NCBI GenBank assembly: GCA_963830365.1 | Contig: CAWHMU010000029.1 | Location: forward strand, 1 to 17,310 | DNA from: an uncultured Chlamydiae bacterium | GTDB lineage: Bacteria; Chlamydiota; Chlamydiia; Chlamydiales; Parachlamydiaceae | Length of the DNA stretch: 17,310 nt | Direction: 5' to 3' | Shown here: positions 8,811 through 15,321 of the stretch, piece after piece | How the letters are laid out: each line of letters starts with the position of its first letter | How positions within the stretch are numbered: position 1 is the first letter of the stretch | Notes under the pieces: generated by a model | Database searches by the model: none | Told to the model about the DNA's origin: nothing | Seen by the model: only the letters and a program-made list of their open reading frames with translations | Program-made: the position numbers and the translations under genes

Positions 8811-9205
8811 AGCCCGTCAGCTAAGGCTTGCGAGCGAAAGCGAAGACAGCCACAGCTACGGGTTTGTACAAACAAAAGATAACCCCATCGAGACAATTGC
8901 AAAAGTATTTCACGAGTTATACAGCGATTCTTTGGAAGTCAATCGTACCCGGGATCAAAATGAATCGATGCTAGAACGCTCAAAACTACACAAAAACTCG
9001 AGCTTTACTTCAAGAATTCACAATAACTTCAATTTAGAACAATTTATTGTCACTTATGCAATTGCCTCCATCGGGGTTCTTCTCTTTAGTCCTTATACCT
9101 TAATAGATTAAAAGAGAAGAACCCCGATGGGGTTAAGCAGTCAATTTACTGTTCCCGTAGCTGCGGCTGTCTTCGCTTTCGCTCGCAAGCCTTAGCTGAC
9201 GGGCT
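8811..9205. repeat. Pair of inverted 52-bp palindromic units (REP/REPIN-like)
   Basis: 8811-8862 equals the reverse complement of 9154-9205 with 1 mismatch. Each unit is itself an imperfect hairpin (cccgt-agct...agct-acggg). Confidence 0.9.
9068..9130. repeat. Perfect 20-bp inverted repeat
   Basis: ccatcggggttcttctcttt (9068-9087) / aaagagaagaaccccgatgg (9111-9130). Confidence 0.9.
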
Positions 9206-9206
9206 T

Positions 9207-9498
9207 CCGAGTAACAATAGGTTGAATGCTTACGAAACTTATGCCTGCGTTATTGGTGGATATTTCATCATTTCTCCTGCTTTTGGAGTCGAAAGGCATT
9301 AATCATTAAAAAGGCGGAGGAAAGAACATAATGCCAGGCGATCTTCCGAACGGGATAGCTATGCTTCCCAATGATATTATCGCGATTCTTTCCGACCAAG
9401 CTACAAAACGGGCATTCAGCACCAGTGCTCGATGGGTCAATTTTTTCCACGAATTTTTGATTACCGCTATTCAACCGGTCTTACTTTTTTTGTCTTTT
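9207..9498 (-). ncRNA. Candidate bridge/seek RNA in the IS110 3' non-coding end
   Basis: About 290 nt non-coding with several stems. Contains a target-like segment (9408-9418, 9/11) followed by a donor-junction match (9341-9349, 9/9). Confidence 0.4.
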
Positions 9499-10896
9499 TT
9501 ACGCCGCTACGGCAACTAGTTTATAACCTAATTTTTCAGCTTTTTTATGCAACCCAGCCAAGTTTTTCATTGCATGCATTTTTTCATTATATTCGGCTCC
9601 TTTTTCATAATATTGCCAGCCTTCCTTACACATGTGATATACCATTGTCGCTAGCTTATGCGCTCCAGCCTTAATCCCTTTAGAGTTGTCCGTTCGGCCG
9701 CATATGCGCCTGATATGTGCTCCCAATGCTGCATCTGATTTTTTAGCTGCCACTGCAGACATTCTTAAAGCTTGTGAAATGTAATTGGCGCTTGGTTTTT
9801 GCCTTTTGCTTTTACGTCGTTTGCCTCCTGAAACATTGTTGCCGGGGGACAGTTTCAACCAGGAAGAAAATGCTTTTTCGCTATTCCATGCACTTACGTC
9901 AGTCCCTCCAAGTTCTGAATAAATGAGTAGAGCAGTACTATCTGCTATACCTGGCAGGGCAGTTAGGTCTATTCCCGTTTTTCTCCAGAGAGTGTCTCTG
10001 ACACCAAAACAAAGATCATTTTTCTTAGGTTTTTTGAATTGAGAAAACTGAGGACGCTTTTTTTTATCCTTATGGTTCTCTGGTGGAGGCGTATTGACTA
10101 CATCAGGAAATCGCTCAAGCTCCTTCTGAATGCATTCGTCACATGCGTCCAGCTGTTTATGTGCAAAATCGTATTGATCTAGGGCTTGCTTTAGCGAAAA
10201 AATATGTTCATCTTGATAATTCCCTGTCAGAGCTGCTACAAATAGGCTCTCTTCTTTTTTGCAAAGCTTATTCCTCATTGCAGCTAACTTATATGGATCT
10301 CTTTCACCAGCTACTATTGCTCGTGTTATATTTAAACCGGAGACTCCCGCTATATCGCTTACAGCGGTGCTCAGCTTGATATTCATTAGCTGCAAGGCTT
10401 TTTCCATATGCAGAAGTGCATATTGCTTCGTTTTGATGACATTCATGCGCTGTCTTACATACGCCCGCAATTTTAAACGATCGCGTGGCGGGCGATAAGC
10501 AGCTCTTAATAGACCACAAGAATATAATGTTTGGATCCATTGAGCATCCACCACATCAGTTTTTCTCCCTGGTGGATTTTTTACATTTTTAGCATCCACT
10601 AAGACAGGCATCAAGCCTGATTCTTCCATAATTTCATATAGGGGAATCCAATAAACACCCGTAGCTTCCATAACACCAATTTCTACTTTAGCCTCTTTAA
10701 GAACTTTGACTATTTCACGGAGTTGAGGTGTCGTTGTACCAAATTCCCTCACGTAAGAACCACCTTTACCATCAGGAATAGCTACATGGATTAGCTTATC
10801 TCCTATATCGATGCCAGCAACAGTAGGATCGATATATCCAAGCCTGTTTTTATGTTGTTGTTTTTTTAAATGATTGGAATTGCTATTATTAGACAT
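9499..10896 (-). CDS. IS110-family DEDD recombinase/transposase
   Basis: RuvC-like DEDD motifs AGIDIG, VMEATGVYW and RKTDVVDA; C-terminal LPGI...LSPGNNVSGG (catalytic Ser motif); intact 465 aa with AAGGAG RBS. Confidence 0.97.
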   Translation of the reverse strand: MSNNSNSNHLKKQQHKNRLGYIDPTVAGIDIGDKLIHVAIPDGKGGSYVREFGTTTPQLREIVKVLKEAKVEIGVMEATGVYWIPLYEIMEESGLMPVLVDAKNVKNPPGRKTDVVDAQWIQTLYSCGLLRAAYRPPRDRLKLRAYVRQRMNVIKTKQYALLHMEKALQLMNIKLSTAVSDIAGVSGLNITRAIVAGERDPYKLAAMRNKLCKKEESLFVAALTGNYQDEHIFSLKQALDQYDFAHKQLDACDECIQKELERFPDVVNTPPPENHKDKKKRPQFSQFKKPKKNDLCFGVRDTLWRKTGIDLTALPGIADSTALLIYSELGGTDVSAWNSEKAFSSWLKLSPGNNVSGGKRRKSKRQKPSANYISQALRMSAVAAKKSDAALGAHIRRICGRTDNSKGIKAGAHKLATMVYHMCKEGWQYYEKGAEYNEKMHAMKNLAGLHKKAEKLGYKLVAVAA

Positions 10897-10964
10897 GAAC
10901 GATCTCCTTTTAGCTTTTTACTGTGAGAAAAAGAAAGCTATTATAAGAGATCGTTCTTTTTTTT
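10897..10964 (-). promoter_or_regulatory. RBS-occluding hairpin with an internal TATAAT -10 upstream of the IS110 ORF
   Basis: gaacgatctc (10897-10906) / gagatcgttc (10947-10956), with inner tagcttt/aaagcta. Minus-strand TATAAT at 10940-10945. A T8 run follows on the plus strand. Confidence 0.6.
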
Positions 10965-11128
10965 CGAATTATGACAACCGTTACTTTCCAGATATCAGCG
11001 GTAAACCGCTTGGGCGCTACAAAGAGATGGGTTTGTCCATGCCTTGCTTCACATCTTTAACCTGCAAAAAATGATGAACCACTTTTAAACCACTCATTTG
11101 TGTGATGAGCCAAATTTAACAACGTATA

Positions 11129-11157
11129 TTGATTAAATTAAATCACTATGTTATTTT
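11129..11157 (+). promoter_or_regulatory. Putative sigma70/sigma66 promoter of the kinase-like gene
   Basis: TTGATT-N17-TATTTT with an extended -10 TG. The AT-rich context lowers specificity. Confidence 0.3.
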
Positions 11158-11196
11158 TAATAACTTCATTTATTTTAAAAACAAGGAATTTATAAT

Positions 11197-12609
11197 ATGA
11201 CAAGCACAAACACAGGCGGCGGCCCAAACATAAATAATTTTCAAATGTCTTTTAGTTTATTTGCCACCTCTTCTGCATCAACACCAGCATCCGCAAGCAC
11301 CCAGGGAGGAACCATAAGTCCTTTGGTTTCAATGGCTATGGCTTCTTCCCCCTCTCCAACTAGCAATATGGGAACAATGATAGGAATAAGTAATGAAGTA
11401 GTTGCTGAGACAGAAGAAAAACATTATGAAGCAGGGACTGCAAAGCATTATAAAACCATTAGGATAATTGACGACCTCTTCCACGATTATCTAGTCGGCC
11501 CAAAAAGCGAGCTGGAACAGGAATGCAAAGCGGCCAAGGAGATTGCATTAGCCCTGTCCCAAACGATAGAAGCTGGTGTATCTGAAGATAGCGATAGCGA
11601 CGGAGATGATAGTTTAGCAGACTACAGCGCTCCAAAAAAGCACGAAACGACTGCTGAAGAAATACTAAGATTTCTGGGGAAAAATTCAGTCGGAATGGGA
11701 TTGGAATTGGATGTTCAAGAAACTAAGCTCACCGACGGCTCTTATGCCATAAAAGTCCCCCATGCTAAATGCACCATGGACCAGGAGTTTGCCGAGCTGT
11801 TTGACAATGGGCCGGCAAAAGACCACTTCCAAACCATGGCCAAACTATGCACAGAATTTTTGCATGGCATGTGCGACCTGCAGGCCGCAGGCTATGTACA
11901 CGGCAATCTCAAAGCTGGAAATTTGAAAATCTATCAGGATGAGCAGTTTATCAATGCTGAAAAGAGCTTGAAGATTTCAGGATTAAAGAAAGTGCAGCTC
12001 TGCAAGGACAATCAAGAATCGACCTATACTGGAAATATGCGCACCGTCAATCCTGAAGGCATACTAAGCAAAAATGGAGAGGTCTATAGTGTCGCTTTGC
12101 TGCTCACCGGCATGCTGGAAAGCGAGTTTTTATACTACGCTAACACAAAAAGAAACACCGATATGCTTGTCCAGCCGGAAACAACAGCCGCTAATAGTAT
12201 ATATCCCCTCCCTGACAATTGCCATGGCTTCGAGAAGTTTCTATGCCTTGACAAGGATTGTCCCCAATTTGCTGCCGACAGTACAGCTGGAAAAATAACA
12301 AGAGTTGCCCAAACGGTAGCTTCCTTTATTCCCTTTGTCTCCAGTTGGGTCGCCTATGACCCGACTTGCGCCGCTGCAAAACAAATCCGCACAAAAGTCC
12401 ACAAGTATATTGACGCCGTTTGCGATGAGCTCACCAATAAGTATCAGGATGCATTCAATATTAAAGCCTTGAATGCCTTGCTCAAAAAAATGACGGATGA
12501 GAAACCCAGCCAGCGCGGCACGATGCAGGATGCTATGACGGAGTTTTCGAAGGCGGTAAAGCCATCATCAGGCGGAAGCTCTAAAAAGACCGATGAACAC
12601 AAGCTGTAG
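11197..12609 (+). CDS. Hanks-type Ser/Thr kinase-like protein (probable pseudokinase) with a Ser/Thr-rich N-terminus
   Basis: GYVHGNLKAGNL (catalytic loop), LKISGLKK (DFG position), YTGNMRTVNPE (activation/APE), GEVYSVA (subdomain IX) and PSQRGT (subdomain XI). Confidence 0.75.
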   Translation: MTSTNTGGGPNINNFQMSFSLFATSSASTPASASTQGGTISPLVSMAMASSPSPTSNMGTMIGISNEVVAETEEKHYEAGTAKHYKTIRIIDDLFHDYLVGPKSELEQECKAAKEIALALSQTIEAGVSEDSDSDGDDSLADYSAPKKHETTAEEILRFLGKNSVGMGLELDVQETKLTDGSYAIKVPHAKCTMDQEFAELFDNGPAKDHFQTMAKLCTEFLHGMCDLQAAGYVHGNLKAGNLKIYQDEQFINAEKSLKISGLKKVQLCKDNQESTYTGNMRTVNPEGILSKNGEVYSVALLLTGMLESEFLYYANTKRNTDMLVQPETTAANSIYPLPDNCHGFEKFLCLDKDCPQFAADSTAGKITRVAQTVASFIPFVSSWVAYDPTCAAAKQIRTKVHKYIDAVCDELTNKYQDAFNIKALNALLKKMTDEKPSQRGTMQDAMTEFSKAVKPSSGGSSKKTDEHKL

Positions 12610-12632
12610 CAAATAAGCCATCAAAATCAAAT

Positions 12633-12675
12633 CGGCAGTGGATGGCAGGCAAAAAGATGCCCCACTGCCGTTTTT
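12633..12675 (+). terminator. Intrinsic terminator after the kinase-like gene
   Basis: cggcagtgg (12633-12641) / ccactgccg (12662-12670) followed by TTTTT. Confidence 0.7.
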
Positions 12676-12787
12676 ATTTCCTTCTTCCTCCTTTACGGCC
12701 CTGGTTTATGGCCCTGTGACTGTATAATAAATCCTTATATCTTAATCCAGGATTTGAACCTGCTAAACTGGATGAACCAGATCTTCG

Positions 12788-12811
12788 AGGTACTCATTTC
12801 TGCAATGAGGC
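12788..12811. repeat. Degenerate ISL3 TIR (right-end orientation)
   Basis: aggtactcatttctgcaatgaggc is 20/24 identical to 1301-1324. Confidence 0.7.
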
Positions 12812-12818
12812 TTATTTG

Positions 12819-12856
12819 TTTTGCCCTTTTTCCCAAATTAATTCCATAGTGTAAAT
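12819..12856 (+). repeat. 38-bp direct repeat, copy B
   Basis: 32/38 identical to 8339-8376. Confidence 0.75.
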
Positions 12857-12949
12857 TGGAGTGTACTGCGCAACCATTTCTCTTTCCCCTGTTTCACTGC
12901 GCCTCTGTGACTCTTTGGTAAATTGTCTTCCTTAGGAGCTCGTGCTATT

Positions 12950-13690
12950 ATGGCGAAAACGAAACTCATCGGTCATCGCGGGGCCGCCGGCATCGCGCCT
13001 GAAAACACTTTGCGCGCCATAAGCGCCGCTTTGGCCCTCAAGGTCGACTACATTGAAATTGACGTCCGCCTTACCAGGGATGGCGTCCCGATAGTCCTAC
13101 ATGACGCTTCCTTAAAGCGCACCACCGGTGTTAAAAAGAACGTCTCTTTGCTGACGCTAAGCGAAATCAAGGCCCTTGATGCCGGCAAGTGGTTTGGCAG
13201 CGCCTTCGCCGGTGAGACAGTGCCTACCCTTGAAGAGGTGTTGACGACGTTGGGGCAGAAGGCCGGGCTCATGCTGGAGATCAAACACTGCGCCCAGCCT
13301 GTAAATGTGGCTGTCGACGCCATATTTAAGGTACTGCAGCATCTTTCCTCCCCTTTGCCAACACTGCTCATCGGCAGTTTTTCATTACCCACCATTATCG
13401 AAGTGCAAAAGAAGGCTGCCAGGATGGGGCATGACATACAAACGATCGGTATTGTCGAAAAGCACCAGATGATCGCGCCATTTTTAAAACGCGGCGTAGA
13501 TAAAATAGCCGTCTGGCATAAAATCCTGACTCCCGGCCTGGCGGCCCATCTGCAGGAAAAAAGCATAGAAACCTGGTCTTTTACCGTTGATGATATTGTT
13601 TTGGCCCGCTTCTTAACTTCCATCGGCGTATCAGGCATCATTTCCAACCATCCAGAGCGCATGCAGCCACTTATAGGAGAAATATTATGA
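12950..13690 (+). CDS. Glycerophosphodiester phosphodiesterase (GDPD, GlpQ/UgpQ family)
   Basis: IGHRGA...PENT, IEIDVRLTRDG...VLHD..L.RTT, PTLEE and LEIK motifs. ATG at 12950 follows AGGAG at 12934-12938 and is preferred over the TTG at 12923. Confidence 0.95.
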   Translation: MAKTKLIGHRGAAGIAPENTLRAISAALALKVDYIEIDVRLTRDGVPIVLHDASLKRTTGVKKNVSLLTLSEIKALDAGKWFGSAFAGETVPTLEEVLTTLGQKAGLMLEIKHCAQPVNVAVDAIFKVLQHLSSPLPTLLIGSFSLPTIIEVQKKAARMGHDIQTIGIVEKHQMIAPFLKRGVDKIAVWHKILTPGLAAHLQEKSIETWSFTVDDIVLARFLTSIGVSGIISNHPERMQPLIGEIL

Positions 13691-15321
13691 AGGACTTCAC
13701 CCTCTCAGGCAACATCGTCGATGTCATCGGCAAAAAAATCTTTCCGGGCACCATCAGCGTGCGCGATGGCAAAATTGCTGCGCTTAAGCCCGATAGCAGC
13801 GTGCGCGGCGGCCCCTACCTCATGCCAGGCTTCATCGATGCCCATGTGCATGTGGAAAGCTCGATGCTGGTGCCATCGGAATTCGCCCGCCTGGCGGTGG
13901 TGCATGGCACGGTGGCTACCGTATCGGACCCGCACGAGATCGGCAATGTATTAGGATTGGCAGGGGTGCGCTACATGTTGGAGAATGGCAAGAAAGTACC
14001 CTTTCATTTTTACTTCGGCGCCCCCTCATGCGTGCCGGCTACGGCCTTTGAAACGGCCGGGGCGGCTATTGGCGCAGAAGAAATCCGCACTTTGCTGTCA
14101 GACGACGGGCTGCACTATTTAAGCGAGATGATGAACTATCCGGGCGTACTTGAAAAAGACCCCCTCGTGATGGAAAAGATCCGTATCGCCAAGCAGCTGG
14201 GAAAACCTGTGGACGGGCATGCCCCAGGCTTAAAAGGTGATGCAGCCAGACGCTATATCGAGGCCGGAATTTCCACCGACCACGAATGCTTCACGCTGGC
14301 AGAGGCGCTGGATAAGGTGGGTTTTGGCATGCAGATCCTGATACGCGAAGGCTCGGCCGCCAAAAACTTCGAAGCCCTGCATCCATTGCTGTCGTCTCAC
14401 CCTGAACGCGTGATGTTCTGCAGCGATGATAAGCATCCGCATGAGCTTGTGGAAGGTCATATCAATCAGCTTGTGCGTCGGGCCGTTGTCGATAAAGGTT
14501 ATGATGTGATGGATGTGCTGCGCGCAGACTGCCTCAATCCCGTCCGGCACTATAACCTCGCTGTCGGCCTGCTGCAGGCTGGCGATGCCGCAGATTTCAT
14601 CGTGGTCGACAACCTGCGCGATTTCAACGTCTTGCAGACTTACATCAAAGGGCAGCTCGTTGCTGAAAATGGCCAGACACTGATCCCATCGGTCAAGGCC
14701 GCGGTGGTCAACCGTTTCCATGCCGAGACCATCACGCCCAAAGACATTGCCTTGCGCGCCGAAGGAAAGCGCCTGCGCGTGATCGAGGCTTTTGACGGCG
14801 AGCTCATCACGCGCAGCTTGGAAGTGCCTGCACTGATCGAAAACGGCTTTGTCGTTTCCGATGTCGCCCATGACATCCTTAAATTGGTGGTCATCAACCG
14901 CTACGCCAAGGCTCCTGCCGCCGTCGGCTTCATCCGCAATTTTGGCCTGACGCATGGTGCTTTGGCCTCTTGCATCGCCCACGACTCCCATAATATCATC
15001 GCTGTAGGCGTTTCTGATGAAGACCTCTGCCGCGCCATCAACGGGGTAATGCACAGCCAAGGAGGCATCAGCGTGGCCGCCGGCACAGAGTGCGACGTGC
15101 TGCCCCTGCCGGTGGCCGGCCTGATGAGTGGCGATGATGGCTATGCCGTCGCCAGGCGCTATGCCGCCATCGACCAAAAAGCCAAGCAGCTTGGCACCAA
15201 GCTGCACGCCCCCTTTATGTCGCTGTCATTCATGGCGCTGCTGGTCATCCCCTCACTGAAGCTAAGCGACAAGGGTCTTTTCGATGGCGAAAAGTTTGCT
15301 TTTACCCCGGTGACATACTAA
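13687..15321 (+). CDS. ade: Adenine deaminase
   Basis: PGFIDAHVHVESS, DPHEIGNV, DGHAP, TDHE, REGSAA, CSDD and AHDSHN motifs. ATGA overlap with the GDPD stop. Confidence 0.96.
   Translation: MKDFTLSGNIVDVIGKKIFPGTISVRDGKIAALKPDSSVRGGPYLMPGFIDAHVHVESSMLVPSEFARLAVVHGTVATVSDPHEIGNVLGLAGVRYMLENGKKVPFHFYFGAPSCVPATAFETAGAAIGAEEIRTLLSDDGLHYLSEMMNYPGVLEKDPLVMEKIRIAKQLGKPVDGHAPGLKGDAARRYIEAGISTDHECFTLAEALDKVGFGMQILIREGSAAKNFEALHPLLSSHPERVMFCSDDKHPHELVEGHINQLVRRAVVDKGYDVMDVLRADCLNPVRHYNLAVGLLQAGDAADFIVVDNLRDFNVLQTYIKGQLVAENGQTLIPSVKAAVVNRFHAETITPKDIALRAEGKRLRVIEAFDGELITRSLEVPALIENGFVVSDVAHDILKLVVINRYAKAPAAVGFIRNFGLTHGALASCIAHDSHNIIAVGVSDEDLCRAINGVMHSQGGISVAAGTECDVLPLPVAGLMSGDDGYAVARRYAAIDQKAKQLGTKLHAPFMSLSFMALLVIPSLKLSDKGLFDGEKFAFTPVTY

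Larger units (their letters stand above)
9204..11057 (-). mobile_element. IS110-family element, inferred boundaries
   Basis: CTT is repeated at 9204-9206 (edge of the 52-bp unit) and 11055-11057. The predicted circle junction TCGG-AAG-AT has an exact 9-nt copy inside the element. Boundaries are inferred, not proven. Confidence 0.6.
8711..11111. mobile_element. Non-autonomous ISL3-ended element carrying an IS110 insertion
   Basis: 24-bp TIRs at 8711-8734 / 11088-11111 (1 mismatch), and a perfect 8-bp target site duplication AAATTTAA at 8703-8710 and 11112-11119. No ISL3 transposase inside. Confidence 0.92.

Noticed and set aside
8811..9205. CRISPR array
   Set aside because: There are only two units, inverted rather than direct, with no regular spacers and no cas genes.
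8309..9519. Small ORFs including 8782-9111 and 9268-9474
   Set aside because: They overlap long inverted repeats and IS ends and have no protein motifs. A non-coding explanation is stronger, although a small passenger peptide cannot be excluded.
8798..11031. The 16-bp IR as IS1111-type subterminal inverted repeats defining the IS110 ends
   Set aside because: Less favoured than the 9204/11057 ends, which share a CTT core, coincide with the repeat edge and predict an internal 9-nt junction match. Not fully excluded.
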